Shown here one piece after another: positions 9,076 through 19,020 of a DNA stretch of 64,000 nt. The stretch's first letter is position 1, and the number at the start of each line of letters is the position of its first letter. Source of the DNA: Gammaproteobacteria bacterium (GTDB lineage Bacteria; Pseudomonadota; Gammaproteobacteria; Steroidobacterales; Foliamicaceae); NCBI GenBank assembly GCA_963666765.1, contig OY762933.1, positions 527,773-591,772 of the forward strand, in the 5' to 3' direction. Under the pieces are notes generated by a model. It ran no database searches, was not told the origin of the DNA, and saw nothing but the letters and a program-made list of their open reading frames with translations. Made by a program: the position numbers and the translations under genes.

Positions 9076-9741
9076 ATGGATTTTCACACTATCGTCCTGT
9101 ACGCGCACCTGGTGCTGTTCGTCTATTGGCTGGGGCCCGATTGGGGCGTCTACGTGACTACCCACTACATCTGCAAGCCGGAACTCCCGATCGAGGAGCG
9201 GCGGCGATTCCTCACCGCGATGCTGTGGATCGACCTGGTGCCGCGTTCCTGTCTCATACTGATGTTCCCCGTTGGACTCTCACTTGCGAACGGGTTGGGC
9301 ATGAGCCCCGTCACGGGAATCTGGCTATGGCTTGTATGGGCCGCGTTCCTGGCCTGGCTGCTGCTGTCCTGGGCGGTCTACCTGAACAAGGGCCCGGCCG
9401 TGGGAAGCACTTTTCGCATCATTGACAACCGCTTACGCTGGGTAGTTGCCCCCGCACTTGTGATTGCCGGCGGAGTGTCGCTGTTGATGGACATCGGCTT
9501 CGGCAGCAACTGGCTGGGGCTTAAGGTGATGCTGTTCGGCGTGCTGGTGTACCTTGGCTTGTGGCTGCGTTCCTATGTGGCGGACCTGGCCACGGGATTT
9601 CAGCGTCTGGCCTCCGAGGGTTCCACGCCTGAAGTGGAGGCCATATTCACAACGATGCTCGGGCGCTCCAAAAAGGTGGTTTACCTGTTCTGGGGCACAT
9701 CCCTGGCGCTGGCCTTCCTCGGCCTCGCCAAACCGTTCTAG
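9076..9741 (+). CDS. Uncharacterised multi-pass membrane protein (H-x5-YWLG family, paralogue 1)
   Basis: About 6 hydrophobic helices. Motifs HLVLFVYWLGPD, WIDLVPR and WLGLKVMLFG are shared with 38868 and 56474. Confidence 0.8.
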   Translation: MDFHTIVLYAHLVLFVYWLGPDWGVYVTTHYICKPELPIEERRRFLTAMLWIDLVPRSCLILMFPVGLSLANGLGMSPVTGIWLWLVWAAFLAWLLLSWAVYLNKGPAVGSTFRIIDNRLRWVVAPALVIAGGVSLLMDIGFGSNWLGLKVMLFGVLVYLGLWLRSYVADLATGFQRLASEGSTPEVEAIFTTMLGRSKKVVYLFWGTSLALAFLGLAKPF

Positions 9742-9826
9742 GCGACCGGCAACGCAATACGGCCCCGCACCCGCCAGCACAGGGAGCGGCAGGAGTCGCA
9801 AGCCTGACCGCGAAGGCGGTTGCCGC

Positions 9827-11215
9827 CTATTCGGCGGTCTGCTTGAGGCTGGCGATGACCGTGGTGGGGCCCGTGCTTGGCGCGGCGATGCCCATCACAT
9901 GCACTTCGGTCGTCACGATCTCGCCGATCCTCACGCCCTGCTCCCAGGCGACGTGAGAATTTCCGTCAGCGTCGGTGGCGATCACCGGAAAGCGCGAATC
10001 GCCTTCAGGCGTGGGCAGCTCCCACGGGACCGAAAAGGTCTCGCCGTGGTCGTAGGACTCCGACATGTACAGGCGGTACGGGCTCCCTCGGCCCTCGCGC
10101 GAATGCCACACCACCCGCACTACCCCGCTGGGCGTGACGGTGATGACCGGCGCGTCGCTGTACTTGGAGGCCGGGTGCATGTGGATCGCTTCCTCGAAGT
10201 CCAGGGCGCCGTTTCGGGAACGGGTGAACCAGACTCCCTGCTGCTCGGGGCCAGCGGAGAACGAAACGGAATAGACGAAGTTCTCGTTCACGGCCATGTC
10301 GGTGGGCTTGAGCGGGCAGCCGCCGATATACCAGGGGTCGATCGGCAACCGGGCCAGCTCGGGCCAGGTTTGCCCGTCATCGGTGGAACGCAGCACGACG
10401 CTGTCGCGGGAGCCGTCGTCGAACACGTGCCGGTAGGAAACCAGGACCGCCTCGTCGCCCACGAAATCCACCACCAGCTGGCAGCAGGGGCAGACCACGT
10501 CGCGCGCAAATTCAATCTCGGCGCCGAATGTCGCTCCGCCGTCCTTCGATGAGGCGGTAAACAGCGTGGCCCCCTGGCTCGGACCGCCCATGTAACGGGT
10601 GTCCAGCCAGACAGTGTGGACGGTGCCGTCCGGCGCCACCCCCATGGTGCCGAAGGCGTGCGCCGCGCCCAGCTCCTCGCCCAGGAGCCCTCGCCCGTCC
10701 TTGTTGACGTGCGAATTCAGCGTGACGGCCTCGGAAAACGTGGCGCCCCTGTCGGTCGAACGCGTGTATTGCGAGGCGATCACGTCCAGCCGCGTCTCGG
10801 TGGATTGCGCGTTGGCCGGATAGAAAATATGCACGGCGCCGTGGTTGTCGATGCTGACCCGCGGCTTGCTGACCTGGAAACCCCAGATCACGCCATGCTC
10901 ATGGTTGACCATGGCCGGCGCCTGAAAGCTGGACCCGCCATCGTCGGAACGCGCGATCCACAGATCAACCGAGGAGCGATGGCTGTGTTCGCCGTGTTTG
11001 CGCTTCGGAGGCGGCGCAGTCGGATCGGGCCGGTCCAGCCACACGACGTACAGTTCGCCGCTGCCGGATACCGCGACCTCGGGGCTGAAGGCAGCCCTGT
11101 CCGGCAACCCCAACTCGTTCTGGTAGAGAATTTCCGCTTGTGCCCAGGCCATGGACGGCAGGAACAGAAACGCGGCCAACAGCGCCAATGCGCTAAGGTA
11201 TGCTCTTTTCAACAT
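9827..11215 (-). CDS. Secreted BNR/Asp-box (sialidase-like) beta-propeller protein
   Basis: Signal peptide (AWA|Q), several Asp boxes (SDDGGSSF, STDRGATF, SKDGGATF, STDDGQTW, SYDHGETF), and VCPCC and GGCP motifs. Confidence 0.82.
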   Translation of the reverse strand: MLKRAYLSALALLAAFLFLPSMAWAQAEILYQNELGLPDRAAFSPEVAVSGSGELYVVWLDRPDPTAPPPKRKHGEHSHRSSVDLWIARSDDGGSSFQAPAMVNHEHGVIWGFQVSKPRVSIDNHGAVHIFYPANAQSTETRLDVIASQYTRSTDRGATFSEAVTLNSHVNKDGRGLLGEELGAAHAFGTMGVAPDGTVHTVWLDTRYMGGPSQGATLFTASSKDGGATFGAEIEFARDVVCPCCQLVVDFVGDEAVLVSYRHVFDDGSRDSVVLRSTDDGQTWPELARLPIDPWYIGGCPLKPTDMAVNENFVYSVSFSAGPEQQGVWFTRSRNGALDFEEAIHMHPASKYSDAPVITVTPSGVVRVVWHSREGRGSPYRLYMSESYDHGETFSVPWELPTPEGDSRFPVIATDADGNSHVAWEQGVRIGEIVTTEVHVMGIAAPSTGPTTVIASLKQTAE

Positions 11216-11282
11216 ACGGCAAGCTCCCGTGAGCCCTATTCGATCAATCTTGAATCATACACCCGTTTATCGGGCTTCCCTT

Positions 11283-11825
11283 ATGGTGTCCGCGGCCTGC
11301 CTGGCGCTGTTTTCCCCTGTTGGATCGCCTGCGGACGATCAGGCAGCGGCCCAAGCAGGCAGCGATGAACCTGCCCTCGAGTGGATTCGGGCGGGCGATC
11401 TCATGCCCTTGCTCGCAAAACACCAGGGCAAGGTGGTGCTGGTCAATTTCTGGGCCACCTGGTGCGGCCCCTGCATACACGAGATTCCTGCGCTGATCCG
11501 GCTGCGTGAGAAGCTGGATCCGTCCCGCTTCGCCCTGGTGGCGATCTCGCTGGACGATCAGGCCGATGCGGCCTGGCTGGTCCCGGAATTCATCGAAACG
11601 CGGTTTCCCGAGTGGCGCAGCTACCTCAACGGGGAATTCGAGGACTATCTGCTGGTGGAAGAGCTGGATCCCTTCTGGCCGGGCGTCATGCCGGCAAATT
11701 ACGTGATCGGCCCGGACGGCGGGGTTGTGAAGACGTTGCTGGGAGGGCACAGCGAGGAGCAGTTCGAAGAGGCCGTCCGGTCGGCCATGCGGGTGACGGA
11801 AGCCGCCAAGGCAACTGATCGTTAG
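11283..11825 (+). CDS. TlpA-family thiol:disulfide reductase (exported)
   Basis: GKVVLVNFWATWCGPC..EIP. Start codon uncertain. Confidence 0.85.
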   Translation: MVSAACLALFSPVGSPADDQAAAQAGSDEPALEWIRAGDLMPLLAKHQGKVVLVNFWATWCGPCIHEIPALIRLREKLDPSRFALVAISLDDQADAAWLVPEFIETRFPEWRSYLNGEFEDYLLVEELDPFWPGVMPANYVIGPDGGVVKTLLGGHSEEQFEEAVRSAMRVTEAAKATDR

Positions 11826-12853
11826 TCGGCAAGCCCCAGCCGCTTGTGCATTATCGGGCTGGTGGTCGTATATTGCAGGTGCACTTTCTTGCCGGGAGTG
11901 AGTATCGCCTTGGCCGCGAACGCCGCCAGGGCGGCTTCGTGAAACCCGCTGAGGATCAGCTTCTTCTTGCCCGGGTAGTGGCAGATGTCACCGATTGCGA
12001 AAATCCCGGGAACGTTGGTCTGGAACTTCTCCGGGTCCACGTTCACGGTCTTGCGGTTCAGGTCCAGGCCCCAGCCGGCAATCGGACCGAGCTTCGGGGA
12101 AAGACCAAAAAAGACCAATAAATCATCAACTTCCAGAGGACTCTTCTCAACGTCCTCAATGCTGAGTGTGACTGCGGAAAGCTCATCCCCGGCCAGGTGC
12201 AGGCGGGTTGCACGGGCTTTCTCGTACAGGTGCGCCCTGCCCCGGGCAACCAGCTCCCTGAACTGGGCCACCGACGCCGGCGCCGCGCGGTACTCGTCCC
12301 ACCGGTGCGCCAGCGTTACGGATTCGGCGATACCGCTCAGCTCCAGCGCCCAGTCCAGAGCGGAATCGCCACCGCCGAGGATCAGCAGCCGCCTGCCGCT
12401 GAAACGCGAAGAATCTTTCACCCGGTAATGCAGCTGCCGCCCTTCTATGGTCTCCGCGCCGTCCAGGCGCAGCTTGCGGGGCTGAAACGAGCCCACGCCG
12501 CCTGCGAGGAACAGGGTCTGTGCCTGAAACCGCGTTCCCGCCCCGGTTTCGACGTGAAAGCCCTCCCCTTCCCCCAGTGGCCGGACCACCGTCACCTCCT
12601 CGCCCAGGTGAAAGGTCGGCTTGAAGGGTGCGATCTGTTCCATAAGGGCATCGACCAGTTCCTGGGCGTTGAGCACCGGAATGGCCGGAATGTCGTAGAT
12701 CGGCTTGTCCGGGTAGAGTTCGGCGCATTGCCCGCCGGGCTCCCGCAACGCATCGACCACGTGCGCGCTGATGCCCAGCAGCCCCAGTTCGAAAACCTGG
12801 AAAAGCCCGCAGGGACCGGCGCCAACGATCAGTGCATCGGTTCGTATGGTCAT
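11822..12853 (-). CDS. Thioredoxin-reductase-fold ferredoxin--NADP+ reductase
   Basis: GAGPCG, GGQCAELYPDKPIYDIP, GGGDSALDW and YPGKKKLILSGFHE. No CxxC motif. Confidence 0.85.
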   Translation of the reverse strand: MTIRTDALIVGAGPCGLFQVFELGLLGISAHVVDALREPGGQCAELYPDKPIYDIPAIPVLNAQELVDALMEQIAPFKPTFHLGEEVTVVRPLGEGEGFHVETGAGTRFQAQTLFLAGGVGSFQPRKLRLDGAETIEGRQLHYRVKDSSRFSGRRLLILGGGDSALDWALELSGIAESVTLAHRWDEYRAAPASVAQFRELVARGRAHLYEKARATRLHLAGDELSAVTLSIEDVEKSPLEVDDLLVFFGLSPKLGPIAGWGLDLNRKTVNVDPEKFQTNVPGIFAIGDICHYPGKKKLILSGFHEAALAAFAAKAILTPGKKVHLQYTTTSPIMHKRLGLAD

Positions 12854-12934
12854 AGGCTTCCAGGCGCCGGTGCAGGCCGGGGGTAGTCGCGAGCGGGATT
12901 ATAAGTGTCGCCTGCGCGGCGATACACTTGCGGT

Positions 12935-14674
12935 ATGAGAGACCAGGCCCGCTGGCTGATCCTGTTCGGCGCCGCATTGCTGATTCTGACAGCGGGTTTC
13001 GGGCTGCGCGACCCATGGCCGCCCAATGAACCGGAAAACGCGCTGGCCGCCGCGGAAATGCTGAAGTCCGGCGAATGGCTTGCGCCGACGCTCGCAGGCG
13101 AATTGTTCGTCAAGGAGGGGCCGCTATATCTCTGGATTCTGGCGGTTTTCCAATGGTTATTCGGCATGAGGATCGGATTCCTGCTGCCGTCCCTGCTTGC
13201 CGCCGCCGGCATGTTCTGGATGACCTGCGACCTGGCCCGCAGGCTTTGGGACGATGCCGCCGGTTTCTGGACCGGCGCCGCAATGCTGGGTTGCGTGCAT
13301 TTTGCGCTGCAGGCGCACGGCGCCGGCGGCGACGTGGTGCAGTGCTTCTTCATCGTCGCGGGACTTTACGGGCTGTCCAGGCACCTGTTGCTGGGTCCTG
13401 CGCGGGGGCATTTCGTTCTGGGCTGCCTGGCCTGTGCCCTGGGGCTGTTGATCAACATTTCCGGAATGCTGCCGCTGCTTCTGCTGGCGCCGTGGTTATG
13501 GGCGGCGCGCCGCGGCTGGCTGTTGCGGCCGCCCCGGTGGGACCTCAGGCTGCTGGGCGGCCTGGCGGTTCTGGTGGCGATCCCGGCCGCGTGGCTGGCC
13601 CTGATCTGGAGTTCCGGCAGCGAATCCGTGGCGGCTTACAGGTTGGCGCTGCCGGATGCCTGGCCATTGAGGCAGGGTCCCGCGTCCTGGAGCGACCTCT
13701 ACCCTTTCTGGTACTACGTCCTGCAAGTCGCTCCCTGGGCCTGTTTCCCGCTGGTGCTGACGCTTCCCTGGGTGCGCTACGGCTGGGGGGACGGCCTGCG
13801 TGCACGCGACCCCGCCCTGCTCTGCTTCATCGTTTGGGCAGGCGCCGTCCTGCTGCTGATATCCGTCAGCCAGGCGAAGCGGGCGGCCGATTTTCTGCCG
13901 GTCATTCCGGCCCTGGCGCTTGCCTGCGGTCCGCATCTCGCCGGCGCCCTGCAACGCAGGAACTGCCGACTTGCGCTCTGGTTCGGAATGATGGCCTTGC
14001 TGCTGGCGCTGCTGTTCTCCATGCTCAGCGTGTACGGCGTGGCACCGGCCGACGAGCCGGCGGTAACTTCCCTTTCCGACGGTTCGCCCTTCTGGTTCAA
14101 CCTCCTGAACCCCGGGCGGCTGGCGTTGCTACTGGAAATCAACTCGGTCCATCCCGTGGTCGTTCCGCTGGTGATCGTGGCCAGCGCCGCGGGACTGGCG
14201 GGCCTGCTGGCCGCCGGCAGCCGCAGGGTTCCTGCAGTCACGGGATGCATCATCGTTCTGTTCTGGATGCTGCTGGGCTGGGGCTCGTTCTCCCTGCTTA
14301 ACGAAGGACGCTCCGGCAGAACCATAACCATAGCCGCCCTCGAGGCCCTTCCCCAAGGCACGGAGTTGGGCCTGGCCGACTGGCGGGCCCAGCAGGTCCT
14401 GCACATGGACCGGCCGGTCACCCACTTCGGGCGCCGGCGCGCCGACCGCCGCCAGGAAATCCTGGACGCTTCGGCGTGGCTGAGCGAAGCACCCGACAGG
14501 ATGCTCCTGGCGCCGGAAGAGTATCGAAGCTGGTGTTTCACGGGCGAGTCGGGCATCCCCCTGGGGTATGCCCATCGCCGCTACTGGTACCTGCTCGGTC
14601 CCGAGATGCTGCGCCCGGAATGCCGCGTTGGCACTACCCCGCAGCGCGTCGTTTCTTTCCCCGGCTGGCGCTGA
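12935..14674 (+). CDS. ArnT/PMT-family (GT-C) membrane glycosyltransferase
   Basis: RDPWPPNE....AAEM..SGEWL.PTL.G, many TM helices and PFWYY. Confidence 0.75.
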   Translation: MRDQARWLILFGAALLILTAGFGLRDPWPPNEPENALAAAEMLKSGEWLAPTLAGELFVKEGPLYLWILAVFQWLFGMRIGFLLPSLLAAAGMFWMTCDLARRLWDDAAGFWTGAAMLGCVHFALQAHGAGGDVVQCFFIVAGLYGLSRHLLLGPARGHFVLGCLACALGLLINISGMLPLLLLAPWLWAARRGWLLRPPRWDLRLLGGLAVLVAIPAAWLALIWSSGSESVAAYRLALPDAWPLRQGPASWSDLYPFWYYVLQVAPWACFPLVLTLPWVRYGWGDGLRARDPALLCFIVWAGAVLLLISVSQAKRAADFLPVIPALALACGPHLAGALQRRNCRLALWFGMMALLLALLFSMLSVYGVAPADEPAVTSLSDGSPFWFNLLNPGRLALLLEINSVHPVVVPLVIVASAAGLAGLLAAGSRRVPAVTGCIIVLFWMLLGWGSFSLLNEGRSGRTITIAALEALPQGTELGLADWRAQQVLHMDRPVTHFGRRRADRRQEILDASAWLSEAPDRMLLAPEEYRSWCFTGESGIPLGYAHRRYWYLLGPEMLRPECRVGTTPQRVVSFPGWR

Positions 14675-14701
14675 CCCCGGACTCGTCAGCCTGGAGTGCG
14701 G

Positions 14702-15040
14702 TCAGCAGCGCGCCAGGAGAGCCTCGGCTGGAGAAGGACCGCCGCCGACAAGCTGTCTGATCGTCTCCGACAACGCCTGTCCGTCCTCCCCATCGAGCGC
14801 AACGCCTGCGCCCGGCCGCCGGCCCCCGGAAAACTCGTCCGCGCCGATCCAGGCAATGCTGCCGGAGACGCTGTGCTTGGCGCCGTCCGGCAGTTGCAGC
14901 AGGAGCACGACTTCTTCGCCCAGGAAATGGTTCCGGCGAGTCGTAACGAACAGTCCGCCCGGCGTGAGGAACGGCAGCCAGGCTGCGGAAAGGGACTCGG
15001 CGGTATCCAGCACCAGCGAATAGAAGCCCGGGACGCTCAT
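14702..15040 (-). CDS. pilZ: Type IV pilus PilZ protein
   Basis: L.AAWLPFL..GGLFV.T...LGEEV.LLLQLP and G.IAWI. Canonical position after holB, with ATGA overlap. Confidence 0.8.
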   Translation of the reverse strand: MSVPGFYSLVLDTAESLSAAWLPFLTPGGLFVTTRRNHFLGEEVVLLLQLPDGAKHSVSGSIAWIGADEFSGGRRPGAGVALDGEDGQALSETIRQLVGGGPSPAEALLARC

Positions 15041-15996
15041 CGCCGGGCGCTGAAGCCGCCGTACCAGTCCTTGAGCAGCACTGTGACGGCCAGTTCCGTG
15101 TTCGGGTTGAAACGTTCGATGCGGCGGCAATCCATGACGGTGTCCAAATGAACGAAGCCCTGCCTGATCATTTCCTCCCGGGCATCCGCGGGCAAGACCG
15201 AAAATCTCTGTTTGTAGGCATTTTTTCCGCTTGCGGTCCAGTCCTGGATACGTCGAAACGCGCAGCGAAACAGGAAATCGCAGCAAAAACGCATCGGCAG
15301 GTCCTTCCAGCTGCGCGCAACCTCCAGCGGTGTTGCGGCCCGCCGTTCCAGGCTGGCCAACTGGCTGCTCATCGCCCTCGCGCGTTCGTCCAGGCCTTCG
15401 CCATGCAATTGCCGCGCCGTGAGAGGGCCCCCTCCGGCCAGCCGCAGCGCGTTTTCCCAGTTCACGCCCGATTCCTGCTCCGACAGCCAGGCAAGGGCCG
15501 TCTCCCGGGGCACGGCCGGTGAACGCAGCAGGCGGCAGCGGCTGATGATCGTTGCGGGCAGCCGGGCCGGGTCGTCGGCAACCAGCAGTATGTAGCTGTC
15601 CGGCTGCGGCTCCTCAAGGATCTTGAGCAGGCTGTTGGCCGCGGATCGCGTCATCGACTCCGCCGGGCAGACCGCGGCCACGCGGGCGCCCGAGCCGTAG
15701 GTGCTGAGCTGCATGAATACGATCAACTCGCGGATGCGCTCCACCGGGAGCAACTTGCCCGTCTCCGGCGCGGCCGGGTGCAGGTTCGCATGCAGCGTGG
15801 TCTCCGGCGCGGATTCCGCCGGCCATACGGGACGATCGGAACCCAGCAGCGCTTGCGCCAGCCATGCGGCCAGGCGCCGCTTGCCGATGCCGTGCTGGCC
15901 GTGTATCAACAGGGCATGGGCCAGCTGGCCCGAATCGATCTGGACCGCAAGCTCGGCCGCGGCAGGTTCCAGCCAGGGAAGCCGCGTCCGGTTCAC
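15037..15996 (-). CDS. holB: DNA polymerase III delta' subunit
   Basis: LPWL, HALLIHG..GIGK, AANSLLKILEEP and LPATIISRC. Follows tmk. GTG start inferred; the ORF extends to 16029. Confidence 0.88.
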   Translation of the reverse strand: MNRTRLPWLEPAAAELAVQIDSGQLAHALLIHGQHGIGKRRLAAWLAQALLGSDRPVWPAESAPETTLHANLHPAAPETGKLLPVERIRELIVFMQLSTYGSGARVAAVCPAESMTRSAANSLLKILEEPQPDSYILLVADDPARLPATIISRCRLLRSPAVPRETALAWLSEQESGVNWENALRLAGGGPLTARQLHGEGLDERARAMSSQLASLERRAATPLEVARSWKDLPMRFCCDFLFRCAFRRIQDWTASGKNAYKQRFSVLPADAREEMIRQGFVHLDTVMDCRRIERFNPNTELAVTVLLKDWYGGFSARR

Positions 15997-16000
15997 GCCA

Positions 16001-16627
16001 TCAGAGACCGGCAAGCTCACCGACTGCATCCTTCAGGTCCGTTTGCACAGCCTCCAGGGATCTGGACGCATCCACAACGCAGTAGCTGTCGCCGCCCACC
16101 GCCGCCCGGTCCAGGTATCCGGCTCGCACCCTCTCGAAGAATTCCCGGCTCTCGCGTTCAAACCGGTCGCCGCCTTGCGGATTGTCCTTTCGCGAGAGCC
16201 CGACGCTGACCGGAGCGTCCAGGAGAATCGTCAGGTCCGGGCGCAGGCCGTCCAGGACCTGCTGTTCCAGCGCCTCCACGTACTCCGGGGGAATTCCCCG
16301 CCCGCGGGACTGATAGGCGTAACTCGAGTCCACAAAGCGGTCGCAGATGACCCATGAACCCGCTTCGAGCGCAGGACGGATAACTTCCTTCAGGGAAGCG
16401 CTGCGCGCGGCGAACATCAGCAGCAGTTCCGCCAGCGGCGGCATGCCGGTCACTTCGGGATCCAGCAGTATTTCTCTCAGCCGTTCTCCCAGCGCCGTGC
16501 CGCCCGGCTCCCGGGCCGCGACCACGGCTATGCCCTGCTCCCTGAGCCAGCCGGCCAGGAAGGCGGAGTGGGTCGACTTGCCCGCACCCTCTATGCCCTC
16601 CAGAACTACGAATCGCCCGCGGCCCAT
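16001..16627 (-). CDS. tmk: Thymidylate kinase
   Basis: EGIEGAGKST, REPGGT, CDRFVDSSYAYQ and DRFERE. Confidence 0.96.
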   Translation of the reverse strand: MGRGRFVVLEGIEGAGKSTHSAFLAGWLREQGIAVVAAREPGGTALGERLREILLDPEVTGMPPLAELLLMFAARSASLKEVIRPALEAGSWVICDRFVDSSYAYQSRGRGIPPEYVEALEQQVLDGLRPDLTILLDAPVSVGLSRKDNPQGGDRFERESREFFERVRAGYLDRAAVGGDSYCVVDASRSLEAVQTDLKDAVGELAGL

Positions 16628-16660
16628 ATCAGCTAAAGCATAGCCGCGTCGGGTGGGGCA

Positions 16661-17704
16661 TTAATCCGCCGCCGCCGTGCGGCCGTTGCGTGCGCGCTGG
16701 CTTTGAACCAGCATCGCTACCGCGGCGTTGTGTCCGTCCAGTGTTTCGTTGAATACGTGGCTGCCGTCGAGGTCCGCCGATGCGACGTAGTACAGGTAGT
16801 TGCCCGGCGCCGGCTGCACCGCCGCGCGAAGGGACGGCTCACCCGGTAGCGAAATGGGCGTAGGCGGAAGTCCGTAGCGCGTATAGGTGTTGTACGGCGT
16901 GTCCTCCCGCAGGTGGGCCCGGGTGATGTCGCCGGCGTACTCCCGGCCGAGTCCGTATATCACCGTGGGGTCGACCTGAAGCCGCATCCGACGCTCAAGG
17001 CGCCGGGCGAGCACGCCGGCAATGACGGGGCGTTCGGCGTCGATCCCGGTCTCGCGCTCGATTACGGACGCCAGGGTCAAGGCCTCGTAGGGATCGTCCA
17101 GGGGCAATCCGGGCGCGCGCTCCGCCCACGCCGCTTGCAATCGGTCCTGCATCAGCCTGTGGGCCCGCAGAAGCAGATCGGCGTCGGTTTCGCCGTGCGT
17201 GTAGGCGTAGGTATCCGGGAAGAACCATCCCTCGGCGTGCGAATGCGCCAGCTCCAGTTCCCTGGCCAGGCCTTCCGGATCCTGCTCTTTAAGGGTGGAT
17301 ACGAGCGGCTCGGCGGCCGGCAGCGCCTGGAGCAATTCGTTCACGGTCCAGCCCTCGATGATGGTGAAGTAGTGTTGAACGACCTCGCCGCGCACCATGC
17401 GGTCAATGAGCAGGCGATGGGTGTCGCCCGCCCTGACCCGGTATTCGCCCGCCTGTATGCTCGCTGCGGTTCCCGTAATGTAGGCCGCCAGCTTGAACAG
17501 CCAGGGCCGCTGCAGCATCTCGCTTACTTCAAGCCGTGCGACCACTGCATTCAGGGAGTCGCCCGGCTCGACAACCACAGTCCTGTCGGCGGATCCTGCA
17601 GCCAGGGGGTTTTCCAGCGCCAGGCGCGCGACATACAGGGCGGCAAGCGTGAGGAGGGCCGCCGCGGCCACCGCGGCAACCACGCCCCTGCCCCTGCGGG
17701 TCAT
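16661..17704 (-). CDS. mltG: Endolytic transglycosylase MltG (YceG)
   Basis: EGWFFPDTY, LASVIERET, RLQVDPTVIYG and PYNTY...GLPPTPI. Confidence 0.94.
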   Translation of the reverse strand: MTRRGRGVVAAVAAAALLTLAALYVARLALENPLAAGSADRTVVVEPGDSLNAVVARLEVSEMLQRPWLFKLAAYITGTAASIQAGEYRVRAGDTHRLLIDRMVRGEVVQHYFTIIEGWTVNELLQALPAAEPLVSTLKEQDPEGLARELELAHSHAEGWFFPDTYAYTHGETDADLLLRAHRLMQDRLQAAWAERAPGLPLDDPYEALTLASVIERETGIDAERPVIAGVLARRLERRMRLQVDPTVIYGLGREYAGDITRAHLREDTPYNTYTRYGLPPTPISLPGEPSLRAAVQPAPGNYLYYVASADLDGSHVFNETLDGHNAAVAMLVQSQRARNGRTAAAD

Positions 17705-18948
17705 CAGACCCCGCGGAAGATCAGGCAGCCGTTGGTGCCGCCGAAGCCGAAGGAATTGCTCATGCTAACGCGCACAGACATTTCGCGCGCCGTCCCGGGC
17801 ACGAAGTCAAGGTCGCAGCCTTCACCGGGGTTGTCGAGATTGATAGTCGGCGGAACCGCTCCGTCGCGTATCGCCAGGATCGAATACAGCGCCTCCAGCG
17901 CGCCGGCTGCGCCGAGCAGGTGACCGGTCATCGACTTGGTCGAACTGATCGCCACACGCCCGGCATGGTCGCCGAAAACGTCCTTGATGGCGATGGTTTC
18001 GACCAGGTCGCCGAGCGGCGTGGAAGTAGCGTGGGCGTTGATGTAGTCCACCTCTTCCGGATCGATGCCCGCATCCTCAAGCGCCGCGCGCATACAGGCG
18101 GCCCCGCCCGCCCCGTCCTCGGAAGGGGCCGTGATGTGATATGCGTCGCTGCTCATGCCGAAGCCGATGATTTCGGCGAGGATCTCCGCGTTGCGCGCAC
18201 GGGCATGCTCGAATTCCTCCAGCATCAGGCATACGCCGCCGCTGGCGAGCACGAAACCGTCGCGGTCCCGGTCCCAGGGCCGGCTGGCCTTTTCCGGTTC
18301 GTCATTGCGCAGCGACAGGGCGCGGGCCGACGCGAAACCGCCGATGCCGAGATAAGCGATGCAGTGCTCGGTACCGCCGGCGATGCAGGCATCGGTCTCC
18401 CCGTAGGCGATGGCCCTGGCGCCCAGACCAATCGAATGCGTGGACGTGGAGCAGGCGGTGGCCGTGGCGATATTGGGACCGCGGGCGCCGGTCTGTATCG
18501 AGATCAGGCCGGCGGGCATGTTGACGATGATGCCGGGAACCAGGAAGGGTGAAATGCGCCGTGGATTGTTCTTCTCGCGGAAGCGCTCATGGCTGGCCTC
18601 GATGGTGCGGATCCCGCCTATACCGGAGCCCACATATACGCTTACCCGTTCCGCGTTCGATTCATCGATCACCAGTCCTGAAGAGCGCAGCGCCTGTGTT
18701 CCGGCCGCGACGCCGTAGTGGTTGAAGGCATCGAAACGCCGAACCTCCCGAGGTTCCATGTACTCGGTGGGATCGAAATCGCGGATCAGACCTGCAATTC
18801 TCGAAGGGAAAAGCCCGATATCGGGCAATTCCTCGTGCACCGTGACACCGCTTTTCCCCTCCAGTACCGATTGCCACGCGGTCTCGGGGTCGTTGCCGAC
18901 CGGGGTAATCGCTCCCGTACCCGTCACGACTACGCGACGTCCTTTCAT
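17704..18948 (-). CDS. fabF: Beta-ketoacyl-ACP synthase II
   Basis: RRVVVTG, TACSTSTH, INAHATST, STKSMTGHLLGAAG and SNSFGFGG. Confidence 0.96.
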   Translation of the reverse strand: MKGRRVVVTGTGAITPVGNDPETAWQSVLEGKSGVTVHEELPDIGLFPSRIAGLIRDFDPTEYMEPREVRRFDAFNHYGVAAGTQALRSSGLVIDESNAERVSVYVGSGIGGIRTIEASHERFREKNNPRRISPFLVPGIIVNMPAGLISIQTGARGPNIATATACSTSTHSIGLGARAIAYGETDACIAGGTEHCIAYLGIGGFASARALSLRNDEPEKASRPWDRDRDGFVLASGGVCLMLEEFEHARARNAEILAEIIGFGMSSDAYHITAPSEDGAGGAACMRAALEDAGIDPEEVDYINAHATSTPLGDLVETIAIKDVFGDHAGRVAISSTKSMTGHLLGAAGALEALYSILAIRDGAVPPTINLDNPGEGCDLDFVPGTAREMSVRVSMSNSFGFGGTNGCLIFRGV

Positions 18949-19020
18949 GAGAGTTGCTCCGGGCGGCTAGTGCACTGGGTGTGCCGGAAATCACGCCGGA
19001 TTCCGGCCACGCCGGTCCGG

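Noticed and set aside
8994-12000. Integrated Xer-exploiting element or prophage at dif
   Set aside because: No second dif-like site, replication protein, integrase or phage gene was seen nearby.
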